Below are positions 34,615 to 48,115 of a DNA stretch of 64,000 nt, in pieces. The notes below the pieces were generated by a model. The model was not told the DNA's origin, did not search any database, and saw only the letters and a program-made list of their open reading frames with translations. Each line of letters starts with the position of its first letter. The stretch's first letter is position 1. The stretch is taken from NCBI GenBank assembly GCA_964234715.1, contig OZ174276.1. One strand, written 5' to 3'. Origin of the DNA: Podarcis melisellensis. Lineage: Eukaryota. A program made the position numbers and the translations under genes.

Positions 34615-35732
34615 TCAGTTTGAATCTATCAGTGCTAACTTTTGCTTTTGAGATGAGTATTGATAGTCTAGTGGGTGTCTAAAGAAGTTATTACTACTTA
34701 AAATTATAGACAGAGTTTATTTCATTTCCTAGGGAATGCATTTAAAAATAATAATAATAATCCAGTGGTCTCAGGGTAGGGCTATTATTCACAAAAGCAG
34801 CAGTGCAAGGACAACTCCTAAAAAAATGAGAGTCATTTATATTTGACTAATTCTTTAGATTACCCATTAGATCGGTGGTGGTCATGTTTTCAGATATCGC
34901 TATTAAGTAATTATTATTTCAATTGCTCCATCGATGCTTCATAGCTGTCAGCTTTCTTTCCTTAGCAGAGTGCCTTTTAAAGTCAGGCAATAAGACCTTA
35001 GTCTGGGGCTGCATTTTCAAGAAAGCATACCCCTCTACTGACTGCCTTGAATGCAGAGTAAGTAGCTTATATCTCTGTGAACTTTCATTATATTCTTATA
35101 AAAAGGTGACCCAGTCCATTAAATGCTGCATGACAGATAATGGATGAGCTACTCAGGCTGCTAGTTTGCTGTTCATTTGATTGTAGCCCCAGAAATTGGT
35201 TTCAAGCCATGATCCATATGCTCCATCTTTCCAACCAATAAGAACGTGATTTAATCTCCTTTGGAGGAGATGTATTCAAAGGGCAATTTCTGTGCAACTT
35301 CAACATCTCTCTTTATATTTGCTTCAGTGACAGGTTGAGTCCTTTCTGTGCCTAGACTTTAAGACTAGTTGATGTTAGAGAACTTAAGGCAGTTGGTCAT
35401 TCTTCTGATTAGACAGAAATAAAGAGAGAAGGAAAGTCAAAGGGGATGATGGGAACTAGTAACTGGCCTAACATTTGTTACTATGGTGAGTAGGGTCTCG
35501 CATGGCTGTCCTAAACTTGTCACTTCTCACTAAATTTTGTGGTTTTTCTGTATTGTGAGGTACATAATTGGCATGTCTCACAGAAGTTATTAACCCCTCC
35601 TTTGCCCCCCACCCCGTCACACATAATGCAAAGTGAGCTTCTTGCCAGTGACCCTAATCCCATTCGCGTCTGCTTCAAGTCCTACACAAAGCAGTATGTT
35701 CAGTCTCTCTTCCCATCTCCAGTTCTCTCCCC

Positions 35733-36061
35733 CTAGGCTTTCTTGCACTTCCCCTTCTTTTCCCGTTGCTGGAACTTCCTCAGTCGCCTAGCCCATGTGT
35801 CCCTCCACTGTATAACAAGGCTGCTTTTGTCTGCCACGATGCCGTTCTGGTCAGGGGAATCCTCGTCGTGGCCCAGCAACAAGTATTTCTTCATGGGTTT
35901 GATTTTCGGGCACTTGCAGGCAATGTCCTTGGAGCGTATCCAAAGGAACTGGTCACCGCGCCGTATCCGGTTTGTCCCTTGCTTGTACACAGAGATGATG
36001 TTGACTGTGAACTTCCACCATTCTCCAGCCTTATCTGCTTTCAGGATGTGGATCTGGACAG
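35733..36061 (-). CDS. NTN1: Netrin-1 terminal coding exon (NTR domain with RGD and basic C-terminus)
   Basis: Acceptor ttctgttcccAG (36063-36062). Translates (A)[37 protein letters not shown]...[20 protein letters not shown], stop TAG at 35735-35733. Unmistakable netrin-1 C-terminus. Confidence 0.98.
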
Positions 36062-39000
36062 CTGGGAACAGAAAGCCAAGAACAGGGACAATCAATTTAA
36101 CACCCCAATTCTCCTCTCAAGGACAAAGCAAATGTTGCTTGAACAGCAGTGGTTAACCAACAGCAGTCTAGAAGGACGTCACATTGCTGTAAATGACAGA
36201 CTTGTAAGTTACATGATAGAAATGTTCTTACTGTCCTTTATGGGGTAACTGATTTGATAGAGGGATGCTGGGGATGTAATTGCCCAACTGCATTATGTTA
36301 CCTACAAAAAGTGTGATATGTCGTAGATTCCCTTACAATGCCTTCTCTTTGGAAAATGACCCATTATATATATATTTTAAATGGGATTGAGTATTCATCC
36401 AGTATTTTCAAATGGGTAGACTGTATGTATATAATCAGCAGATGAGAGGAGTTGCCTGTACTTCAGAGTCTTTTCCCAAACTGGAAGGTCATTGGAGAGG
36501 CAGTGGGGGACTATCAGCATCTGTCTGTCATTGAAGTAACTGGTCTGTTTGTCCTTGATAGATGGTCATGGGTTTAGTTTTAAGAGAAGAGTTGCCCTTA
36601 CTTGTATTGCATTCAGATTTCATTTGATCCTGCCTATTTTTTCTGGAGTGGTGACCGAAATGTGCATTCGAGAGAAAGAGAGAAGCCATCCCATTTTTCC
36701 TGATTGTAATAAGTCGCTTTCAGTTTGGTTAACTACTTTGTTCCAGTCTTTGCTTAACCCTTCATCATTTCCTGTGACTACATATGTGCCTGCTCTAAGC
36801 AAATTGGCATTTGGGAATAATGTATCCAGCTCTCTTCTGCCTGTGGAGACAAGTCTCTCCCTGTCCAACTCTCCCTTCTTTTCATGCTGGGCATCTTGAC
36901 CTCTGTGGTCTGTGCTAGTGTCCCACATTCCAAGTCTAAGTATGATGGTAACCGTTTCCATGTTTCCCTTACCTAGGGATTTGAGGCTCAATAAGAACTT
37001 TAAAAAAATAAATAAAATGTGAAGGAAGTCAGGGTCTTGTTTGGCTGAAGTCATGAAAGGTGGCCATGGTAACAAAAGGCACCCCTTTCATTTTGAGCAA
37101 AAGGTTGGGGGGAAGGGAATTAAAACCCACCAAGAACTTTGCCACACTGTTTGGTTTTCTGGCATGTACTGGGGCTAGCCTGTGAAAAGAATCTCGCTGC
37201 AATGCATCCCCACAGAGCAGAGTCCCTACCTTTTAACCCAATGCTTCTAGCTCATAAGCATGCAAGATTTGTCACACTGGGTAGGATGAATAGACTACCA
37301 GTCTACTGCCTTATCTCCAGTAGCAGCCAGTAAGGGTCTTTTAAAAAATGCCCTGCCTTCCTAGAAGTACTTGTGATAGTTATACAGAAATGAAAAGGCA
37401 ATCGGGTGACCCGGCGAAAAGTTTACAGATGGGTGAATCAAATCACAAGCATAGACGCTGTTAGACTAACCAAATCATCTCAAACCCACAAGATTTTCAT
37501 GGTGAGATAAACAGCCCCAACCTAAAATCTCAATGTTCAGTGTTAGTAATGCTGGGTAGAAACCATTCACAGCTTTGCTTAAAATAAATACGATATATGC
37601 TGTGCGCCAATTACTTTTATTAAATTTCCTTATAGGCTACAGAACCTTTATCCTAAATGGATACAAAGGTTGAGGAAACTCAGCTGAAAGACCTGAGCAG
37701 TGCTCATGTAAGTCTCCAAAAGGACTGAGCTAGAGCTGGCTCCCCACAAACTAAGCAACTTCTTCTGGTGTGCCCCCTCCAAGTCTTGCTGTGGCATTGA
37801 ACAGCTTCCCAGGATGGTCCGTTTTAAGACTCACTTTCAGCTGGGGTTGCATAGTTCCTCCAGGCTTATCCATGGGCTTCACCCCTCTTGGGCTGCAGAG
37901 CAACTCCCCTTGTTTTGAGAACAATTTTTCTTTCACACAGAAAAAGTGGGCAATCAATCTGTAAAGTTTCTATGCTGTCAAAAGCACAATTTTGATGCAA
38001 AAATTGAAGCTGGCGGCTGTTCAGCTCCATCCTAAATAGGCTAAGTACTGCTGAAAAGGGAAGTGGCTGTTTGAGAATTCTTCCTCTGCCAGATTAGACA
38101 ACTGAGAAGAGTCACACCCACAGTAAATGATGTGACAAGGGGGAAGATCTTAAATCATTTTGGAAAGCAGAGCATTGCTTGATATGTGGGAGTAGGGTGA
38201 TTGTTGGCTGGAGTGCTTCAAGTTGTTGAAAATAAAGAGAGCAAGGGGTATTTGTAGGAAGTTCAATTTAAAATCCAGTGAAGCTAAAATGATTTGGATC
38301 TTTGGTGTTCTTTTTTACAAGGTTGTGTTTCTTTATGTTATTTTATTTATTCCATAAAATTCATACACCCTCAAGTGGTTTACAAAAAGATAAAACAATA
38401 AAGATATGAAAAAATCATGACCATACTTTAAATCATACAAAAGTTAAAATACTAAAAGTTCCAAACTCAAGCATATTTGATCTTCCAGGAGGAAAACAAT
38501 TCCTGCAATCTAAAATCAAGTGATGTTTCTTAACTCCACAATTATACTCTTCCCCTAGGCTGGCTCTCAAAATTAACATCCCCGTGTCTTAAATTGTCAG
38601 GATCAGAAGACAGCATCTACCAGGGCATTGTGTGAACAGGGCCATTAGGAATTCTTATGCCATACCAACAACCTCCACAGGCCTCACCATTAACAACATG
38701 GATAGCAGGTATAGGAAAATGAGATGCACCGGAGTCTGCTTTGTGTGGGAGCTGGCAGTTTCCTACTATTCAGTAGGGAGGGGCAGGTGGAGGAAAATAT
38801 GGTTCTGGTCTGGAGGAAAAGGGATAATGGCTATTAATTAACTCTGGAGTGCCAAACTCAAATGGACTGGAATGGGGAAAATACTTTGATTGGATGGAGG
38901 GGTTGGGGGGAGGATGAGGGAGCCAAGGGTTAACTTCTGAAAAGCAAGGTGCTGGGGTTCAAGCCTTCCTGTAAGCTTGGAAGTCTTACTCCTTAATCCT

Positions 39001-39523
39001 AGATATGTTGGGGCTTGTTCAGGTTGCTCTGCAGTGAAGGAAATACACTGAGAAAGTTCAGAGGCAAACACTTTTTATTTCTTCCACATAATGATCTGGT
39101 ATCAAATTCAGGTGGAACTGCATTTTTGGGTTTGTTTCTTTTTAAGCGAGTCTGGTATCTGTATGTGGTGGGTGGTGAAGTTGGCCTTCTAATCCATTTG
39201 AGTTTGACATTCCTCTTTATTGTTTCCTTTGTGAGTGAAATTGCTTCATCGAGAAGCTGAGTATAATCCAATCAGTTTCATTTCCATCACTTCGCTATTT
39301 AGCACCAAGAGGAGTCACTATAATTTTAAATGGCTTCTTCTTACATCTGGGACCCTACCTGCTCTAGCAAATATCAGCAAACCTTATATGAATCTGACCA
39401 CTATAAATATTTCCCAAATACCCAAGAGTGATACAAATCCCCCCCCCCCCAATTGGTTGACAGATCAATTTATGAACATTTTGGCACTGACTTTTCTTTT
39501 GCTTGGAGATCACTTGTCTCAAA

Positions 39524-39752
39524 TAGGGCTGCCATGTGTCCAGATTTTCCCAGGCATATCCAGAATACCGCAGTTGGCAGCAGTGTCCAGGTGGAAATCG
39601 GGAAAATCAGGACATATGGCATCCCACGTTGCTGCTTTTCCATTAAAATAGTGATTTTTGCCCAAGAAGCTCAACAACTTTGGGCCAAAAAAACCCTGAA
39701 ACTCAACAACTTTTCTGTCCGGATTTTCACTGTTTGAAATACGTCAACCCTA
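39524..39752. mobile_element. Non-autonomous hAT element (Blackjack-like TAGGG termini), 229 bp
   Basis: Termini tagggctgcca / cgtcaacccta. Perfect 8-bp TSD gtctcaaa (39516-39523, 39753-39760). Confidence 0.8.
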
Positions 39753-39806
39753 GTCTCAAACTGTGATAATCTAAGGCACTGAATATTTTTAATTATACTT
39801 GGATTA

Positions 39807-40032
39807 CAGTGGTACCTCGGGTTAAGTACTTAATTCGTTCCGGAGGTCCGTACTTAACCTGAAACTGTTCTTAACCTGAAGCACCACTTTAGCTAATGGG
39901 GCCTGCTGCTGCTGCTGCTGCGCTGCCGGAGCCCGATTTCTGTTCTTATCCTGAAGCACTATTTCTGGGTTAGCGGAGTCTGTAACCTGAAGCGTATGTA
40001 ACCTGAAGCATATGTAATCCGAGGTACCACTG
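39807..40032. mobile_element. Non-autonomous Tc1/mariner (Tigger/pogo-like) MITE, 226 bp
   Basis: TIRs cagtggtacctcgg / ccgaggtaccactg, TA on both sides, subterminal taacctgaa repeats and an internal CTG run. Confidence 0.9.
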
Positions 40033-40119
40033 TATATCTCAAGATGCTGCCATCAACTAACTGCTTTTTAAAAAAGCATACGCTGCACTGTCATGCAACC
40101 TCCCTGCTTCACCTTGTAG

Positions 40120-40232
40120 TCCCAGTGCGGCACTGCTGATTGCAAACCCAAGTCACAAAGGTCCGATCCCTGGCATCTCCAGGTGTAGAAGGAGAAGTTC
40201 TTTGCCTGAAACCCTGACTGTGTAAGGCAGCT
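40120..40232 (+). mobile_element. Old tRNA-derived SINE
   Basis: aggtccgatccctggcatctccaggt...tgcctgaaaccctg...aaggcagcttcctatgttc. Confidence 0.55.
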
Positions 40233-41561
40233 TCCTATGTTCATAGAGACCTGTCTGACTAGTCCACATAGAAAAATTACAAGCAACATTCAGCAACAAT
40301 GATATGCCTGCTTCTTAGCCCCAAAACCACAGGCCCACTCCGATTCTCTACCAGAAAAGTTGTACTGCACAAAATGATACAAGGCAGCCTGGCCATGCTT
40401 GGAAGCAGTAGTTTACTGCTAAACTTTAAAGTATGGTGGGAGGGGGGCTCTGGCTTCAGTTAAAATGAGGACAACCTATCCTGAATTATGCTGGATTTAG
40501 CCTTCTGCCCCCCTGCGATAGTAACACAGACAATCCTACAGCTGCTGGCACATCCTTCCACAGCCTGTCAGAGTAGAAAGGGAACAAGTCAGCATTCGGT
40601 TAAAGGAAGGAACTGACAAGCCAGCTGGTTAACAGGGTTGGTAACCTCTCTCAGCAGGGAAGGAGGGAAAATTCCACCAGGGGCAGCATCTCTGTTCCAT
40701 TCATGGCTGAGCTTGTGCTGTGAGCTACAAAGCCCCCCTCCCAGTCAAATCAGCACAAGCAAAGTGGATTAGACAGAGCCCTGGCACCAGGAAAAATGCA
40801 ATGGGCAAAAGGATTGGGATTGGTAACTGGGGGCAAGTGGATGAAGCAAGCAGCAGGTGCCCCGTAAGCAGCTCTGCAAGCCTGCTGTGCTCTAGCAATG
40901 TACCCCCTGAGGGGGAGAACAAAATAAAATGAGTCACAGCTTTCACATTGAGCTTGCTGCTGCCTGGGCCCCCGATGACACTAGTTTCCGACATGGTGTG
41001 GCGTGTGTCCAGCTCCTCGCTAAAAATATCTCAGGCATGCACCATTGGGAGTATATGAGCAGAAGAGGGCAGGGGTCCCCAGGCTGCCATCGGCTCACGG
41101 CCCTTACTGTGCAATTAAAATAAGCAGCAGACTTGGTGTTTGTAAACTCTTCTTTTAAACTCTTGTTTAGAGAAGAGAAGGCCAAGTCAGCCAGGAGTCA
41201 TCTTTCTTGGAAATTTAAAAACAACAACAGGAAAAAGAAACCTTCATGCATGGCCAATTTACACAGCCCAAGCCTTCTGGGAAATAGCTGGACAATAAGC
41301 TGAGCAATGAGCAGAGCTAGGATACGGCCTATTTAAGCCAGGAACACCTGTGGTGCTGGAAAGACGTCTCCAGAGAAAGGACTGCATCAATAAAGAATAG
41401 AAAACAGAATCCACCAAATCCTTACCTACTACCCTGTAGCAGTATGGTTGCCATTGCCTTCTCAACCTCCATTCTTACAAGGCTTTTAAATGCTGTGTTG
41501 AGGATAGATGCATATCCTTTGAGTGCGGGGCCAAGGCTCTGTTCTTCACTGTGCTGTTAAC

Positions 41562-41580
41562 CAGCCACCAGGTGGCATTG
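41562..41580 (+). promoter_or_regulatory. Candidate CTCF site in the last NTN1 intron
   Basis: cagCCACCAGGTGGCattg fully matches the CCASYAGRKGGC core. Motif match only. Confidence 0.5.
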
Positions 41581-44500
41581 CAGCACTTCAGGCAGCTGAG
41601 AAACTGGCAAGGGTCACAATCAGGGAGGAGGCACAAACCTCTTGTATTTCCTCCACAATGTTACAAGTTACGCATTTATAAACACATTATTTGAGGGCTC
41701 TTAACTGCGCCTAGATGTTGTAACGTGGATGCAGCGCCACACACACAAACCAAGAAATCTTGCTCACTGTGAAATTCCCAGACATGTAGCAAAACTTTTT
41801 ACGTTCTTTAGGAATTATTGCTTGGACCAACAATATCTGATTGCAATTGCCCAGAGGTTTGACTGCAAGACAATCTCTCCCCACAAATGCTAGGAGTTGC
41901 TTTCTTACTCACAATACGTCAGAGACTTGGGAACAGAGGAAAATTCAATAAATTCACTGAGAGTTCCCCTCGTTCACCTTCCCATCCTCTCCAGATGTCC
42001 ACAGGCCCTGAACAAATATGTTTGATATGGTCCTTCATTCTTTGAAAGTATCTAAGCCTAGACCAGGTCATTCTAGTTTCAACCCCTCTCTGGAGCAAAG
42101 TTTGTCATTATTATTATTATTAAAATCTTACTTTTGAAGTGGGACTAGAAAGCTTATGGGGTTTACCTGCTACATCTGAGTTTAATATTGAAGATTTACG
42201 AGGTTTAATCTCTGCTTTTTGTGAAGGGTGTGACCCATCCAGTCACTTTCCTCCTTCACAAGATTTAATTCATTTCCCCCTCTATCCAGTTTTATGGCCA
42301 CCCTGGCAGGGCACATTTCCGCACAACGTCCCTTTATCACAAAGATACCCATGCACTACATATGGATGCAGTTACACCCAGGATTCGGTATGAACGAACT
42401 GCCACCCCAGAAAACTCCCCCCCCCCCAAAGCTCAGAAATATGGTTTCACCATATTAATGTTTGGAAGGCTAGCTATTAGAACAGCATATGTTTCCTCTC
42501 CCTCTTCAGCTCTATCCTCAGGAGTTTTGGGTTTCTATGTGGAATACTTTTTTAAAAAAGATCTTTTGAAAACATATTTTTTTATTTTTCCACGTACTGC
42601 TGCCAAAGTGCCTTTCAACAAAGAGGATGACTAACCAGAGTCTCCATGAAAGAAGGATTTTTCCAAGGATGGCTGAAGGTGGCAGGACGGTGATATCACC
42701 TTTTGGGATAGGAACCCCCAGACTCACTCCTTACCCCTGCTCCTTCCCCCAAAATAAATAAAAATGACAATTGATTGGTGGGAAGGCAGTGGGAATTGCT
42801 AGGTTCCTACTGGTGATTTGTGAGTCAAAGGGAAGTCCTGTTTGGCTGGTTCTGTTAAGTACCAAATAGGGCCTCAAATGATTTATTATTTATTTTTCGT
42901 CCATTTGCTTAGTGACCCTAATGGACCATAACCAGAGGCCAAGCACCTTGGACCAAGCACCTTGGAAAAAGAAGTCTACAATATTTTACAAATGCATGGA
43001 AGTGAACTAGATCAAAGTGACTGCCTGCCTGAGACACTGACATTCCATCTGCTGTCTGGGGACGAAAGGGGGGTGGGGTGCATGTGTGTCCAGGCAGCAG
43101 AGGCGAAGGAGTGGTGTGAACAATGCATAAGAATTAAGAGATTAAACAGCCCAGGAAACTGAAACCATCTCTTGCCTTTCCCAGTCCAGGTGTGGTGCTG
43201 CGCAAGCACACTGAGGTGCAAGGGAAGTTTATTCCCTTTGGATGCAAACTCGTCTGATCAGAAGGCGATGGTTACCTGGGAGTGTAAAGGTGTCTCCATG
43301 CCCCACCAGATTCGGCCCAAACCTTCTGCTGCTGCTTTACCTTCTCCACATGCCTATTTATGCATTCACCCACATCTCCCTCAAGCCCAGACATCAGACG
43401 TGCCCAGTATGAGAAATGAGTACAATCTAGGGATGAGCAAATCTCTTCTCCCCCCCCCCCAACATCCCCCATTCAATTTCATTATTATGCTGTGGTTTGG
43501 CTCTGCCCAGCATTTCATTCTGCCTGCCTTCCGGTTTAACTTGAAGAATTTCTGGGATTAATTTGGTGCATGTGCTGTATGCTGCAGTTTTCAGTTTGTA
43601 TTTCTTCCCCTCGACCCTTTTTTTACAAGTTAGCAAACGGACATGAGTGCATATGTACACTGATTAAAACACAGCACAAAACAGAATATTTTTAGATAGT
43701 GAGCTTGTATAGTGCCCATTGTAGTTAAGGCACTCTTAAAATGCAATTGGGACATAATGGTTATGAATAAAATAACAAGATATAAGCAGTTATGGGAGGG
43801 AGGGAGGGCTTCAGTGAAGATTTTTAGGAGGAAATTGTTAACATTTTTGCACTTTGAAAGGAAGGAAGCAAATAAGTAGCCACCTCTTTTCATAGCCCAT
43901 GAAGCAGTGGCTTCAGCACTGGTGTCTCATGGCAAATCCTGCCTTTTAGTATTCTGTGGCTATGCAATGAGCTACTTATAAACGTCCCAGAATCTCACAG
44001 ACTCTCCAAGTCTACCAGCTCATTTCCCCCCTAGCCTTCCTGTTGAAGTTAAGCAAAGTCATTAATTAATTCAACTTAGAGGCAAACCAAAGCAATTTTG
44101 GTTTGAGCCAAAATAAAGGTGGTTGAAATTAAGTACCCTCTGGCATTATTCAGCTCCAAATATTTGAACAGAATTAAATTTGCTTGTGAATCTTTTTTTT
44201 AAGGTATAAATAATAGTAAGAGACAGGATTTTTCTTTGTTTTGTATTTTTAAAGACACGCTCCCCCTTTTGAGCCAGCAAATTAAAATGATGATAAAAGC
44301 TCTATAGAAGCTAGTTGTCCAGATGATAGCACCCCAATTTAGCTCACAAGGGAAGTAACCATGTTCAATCTAATTAGGACCTGTTAGGATATTCAGAACT
44401 GCTATCATTCCATAAAGTTGAAGAAAACAGTCTCCTAATTGGCTTCCTGCTGGGAAGTCCGCGAAAAAGCCTTTATTGTCCCTCTGTGTAACCCACTCTG

Positions 44501-47500
44501 CACTTTCTTTGCAGCTGGACTGTTTTGAACACTCTGCTGCCCTCACCTAAAGGCATGGCTGCAAGAAACTTTCATGCTACTAGTACGTGAATGTTACTTG
44601 GCGTATCAGAAGTTTTTCTCACAATCGTGTGTGCAAGGTCTCACATGCCTATTTGAATATCATTTGATTTTGAAGCACTCCTATCTGCAATCTGTTCTAA
44701 AACTGGGGGGGAGGGGGGCTTGAAACATTTAAATACCTGCATTTAAAATTTCCTCCTGTCCATAGGTGGGACCCAAAAACTGAGATGCAATGGGGTATGG
44801 TGCTTGCAATCTCTAAAGAATGGATTTGAGAAGAGCCAAAAGAGCAATTGCACCTGGGCTTAGATTGTGAGTTGAGAACACAACACCTTACCCTTAGGCA
44901 TTACTTTAAGTGAACAGGCTCCTGGCACTCCCCCCCCCCCCCGTTTTACTCAGTTTCAAAAAGAAACTGAGATGACATTTCTGATTTTATGAAGCATTGC
45001 CTTTTACTTTCCTAGGGAGAGTAAGGTTATGTAACAGCAGAGACAACTTAACAAAACAGAAAGTAACATCACACCTCAGTGCAAGAGAGGACAGAGAAGG
45101 TGGAAATACAGAAGTACAAGATGGCTCTAAGCTAGATCAGAACTGAGTACTGAGGGGAGGCAGGACTGGCATCAGAGATGGGAGTATTTGGGCACCTTCA
45201 GGGACACTGCAGTTCCCCCAGGGTTCTTGATCATGCTGCTGCTGCTGCTGCTCAGTGCTGTCACTGCCCCTTCACCTGCCCTCTCTGAGTATGCAAGCAG
45301 TAACAAGGGGAGGAGGAGATGTAGGAATATCCAGCCTTGTGCTTTCCCTCTGGGTGGTTTTGTAGGTTGGGTCCAGAGAGGGGGATAGTATGTGAATGAG
45401 CAGTGGAGATGGAAGGAAGGGTGATGTGGGATCTCTCAGGGAGTAGGCCTACTGAAGGCATCTCCTCTCCCCCCTGCTCCAAAAAAGAGAGAAAAGACTA
45501 GAGCTGGCATTGAGATGTGGGCTGTGCTGTGCTAGATATAGCCTCCCAACTCATGTTTGCTCATAGCCATGTGACTCTTCTTTGTAGCCCTGGTTATGAA
45601 TATTTATTGTGGAAGAAAGAGAGGAGGGGCTTTCTCATTGAGGCTTCAGAACACATTTGCCTTTTTGTAAAAAGCAAGTTGAAACAACAAGCTTTTGCAT
45701 TTGACCCTCTCAATGGGGGACTGGCAAAGAAACTAACAACAGTACTTTTTCACTAAATGTCACATACATGCACAGTCTGCGCACTGTCCTTCCATGGGAA
45801 AAGGATGTGATAAATTATTCAGGGTTTATCTCTGCAAATGCAAGTTGGAATTTTGTTTTGCTGGAGTGGGCAGGTGGCCATGGCCTGGTGAAGTGGGAGG
45901 AGATTTCGTGTACAAGGAAAGGGCCGTTTTGTTACTTGCCTGTTATTTGGTGCAATCTTGCTCCCATGAATTTGCAATAAGCTGCCTAGATACAAAGCAA
46001 AATCCCAACACGTCCCCTGAACAGAACAAACTGTGTTACTGCCAGAAATTCCCTTGTGGCAAGAAGAAGTTGTGAAGGCATGCTACCTTGAATTTAGTTC
46101 AGCATTTGCAATCACATCCAAAGTGTGCCTTAAATTTCAAATGAGCAGAATGTGCTGCTGCTGGAAATTCTGATTCAGTGAGGAAACTGGGGGGGGGGCA
46201 CAGGAATCTTTTCCGGAGACCTCCAGCAATCAGCATAGTTCATCCTGTGCATACATGACCAATAGGCATACCAGCAGTTTAAAGGCTACATTTTCAAGTT
46301 CTGCTAGAATATAAACAGACCCTGGCCACGATTGGCCTGAGAATGAGATTAGGCTGATAAAGGGATTGATTTTGTTACCAGTAAAACCAATAGTAAGGGA
46401 GCTAGAAGAAACAAGGGTGATATGCATAAGCCTGAGCAGGACATTCCCAATCTGGGGAGAAAGAAATGCTGCTCAAGAGCAAACCTTAAGTGATTCTGCC
46501 CCCAAGCATCTGCAGATGCATAAATAGTGTTAATGATAACAATTATTTTGAACTTCAGGCTTCTCAAATATGCCCAATGGTTAGACTCAAGTTGTATAGA
46601 TTTTTGTACCACTATTTAAGCAAAGAAGGTACAGTCAGTAATAATCTGGATAAATACTCAGAGGTTAACCACTGCCTATTTTTTTTCAAGGGAGGGAACT
46701 CGTGTCAAAGAATGTTGCATAGAATTCTAACCTAGGCTGCATATGCACCATTCATTCAAAGCACACACACCCTTCCCCTCCAAAAAGAATCCTAGGAATG
46801 GTAGTTTTTTAAGGGTGTTAGGAACTACAGTTCTTTGAGGGGTAAATACAATTTCCAGGATTCTTGAATCCAGGAATTTAGGGTGTCTAGCACCCACAAA
46901 CTCTTAACACTGTCAAATACCTCCTGATCACTTCTACAGTGTTCTTAAACAGTAAGCAAAGTTAAACACACCATACTCTGATGAATAAGTTGGGCATACC
47001 TCAGGTACAGAATAGCCTATTAGTTCCCATTGATGTCCTTTTAGTTCCAGTTCTATGGTTTTATGCGCAGTTGTACATATTTTAACATGAATGCTCAAAT
47101 GCAAACTAGTAAGGTTTCTCATCTGTGACCATCTCTGTGTCCTCAGATGAAGCAAAGGATAATTGATGGCATATTACGTGGTTCCTGACTTTCGCTGGAA
47201 ACCCATTGACAAATCACATCAGAAAGGAATGCATAATAGTAATAGTAATAAACCATCAAGCAGCTTTTTCAAATTGGCAAACAAGGAAGCTTCTCTTTCT
47301 TTTCCCACTTTTCCTGCTTCTCTCGCACTTTTGCTTTTTGCTTTGAACAGAATACACTGCCAAAAATACAAGACCTGCTGCTTTCTGCTGGGGCCTGCTT
47401 CACTCTGGATTGAAGTTCCTAAGTGGAACTGACCACAAAGGAGTTTGCATTCCATGCTGATTCAGACAGTCCCTGCTGCCAAACACTTGTGCACTCCCAA

Positions 47501-48040
47501 TTGTTCCTTGGCAGTCATGGCTTTACTAGTCCTGCACCTGATGTCATATGCTATCATGTGAGTGGCAGGTGGGTGCGGCCAGCCAAAGCAGCCATGTTTG
47601 GCTGGACTGATGGGCCTAATTTGGCCTACAGCATGAAGGTCTCTCTCCCTTCCCACACATACACAAAATATTAGATAAAAACCACCAACCAAATTGCCAG
47701 TGAGGCATTTACCATCATGTAGTTAGACCGTCAGTGAGTGACAAGACTGAGTGGTCATTTGAAGCTCTCTGAGCAAAACCAAACTGTCTACTGCCACACC
47801 GCTCCCACACCTTCCCAGTATTTATGTCCCTCTAATGCACCCTTTGGCAGGGGCTTCTCCAGAAACAAAGTGTCACAAATCCTGCTTTCCACAATTGCAG
47901 GCCCAGGCCCATCAATTCTAGAAAGGAATCCAATGGCACTTCAGAAAATAAACCGAACTTAAATTGAAATGTCTGACATAAACAGAGGCAGACGCACACT
48001 AACTCTAGGGTGCCCTCGGGGAGGAGGGACGGTAGCTCAC

Positions 48041-48115
48041 CATAGTCCTTCTTGCAATATTTCTTCATGTTGATCTTCAGTTTCCCTTTGGATGCCTTGC
48101 AGTATGAATCACAGT
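48041..48115 (-). CDS. NTN1: Netrin-1 penultimate exon (start of the NTR/C345C domain), 75 bp
   Basis: Minus strand: polypyrimidine tract, cctgaAG|, then (D)[24 protein letters not shown](A), donor GTGAG (48040-48036). Phase 1/1 fits both neighbouring exons. Confidence 0.96.

Larger units (their letters stand above)
30645..35732 (-). other. NTN1: Probable long NTN1 3' UTR (about 5.1 kb)
   Basis: TE-poor stretch after the stop with an AU-rich distal block (30780-30950). It ends at a minus-strand AATAAA (30667-30662), and a CR1 fragment starts just beyond. The end point is inferred. Confidence 0.6.

Noticed and set aside
36062-36095. N-terminal part ([11 protein letters not shown]) of the 120-aa ORF 35733..36095
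   Set aside because: It is the intronic polypyrimidine tract. Netrin-1 homology starts at the AG acceptor at 36063-36062.
35743-36248. 137-aa and 160-aa plus-strand ORFs
   Set aside because: Antisense shadows of the NTN1 coding exon with no recognisable protein features.
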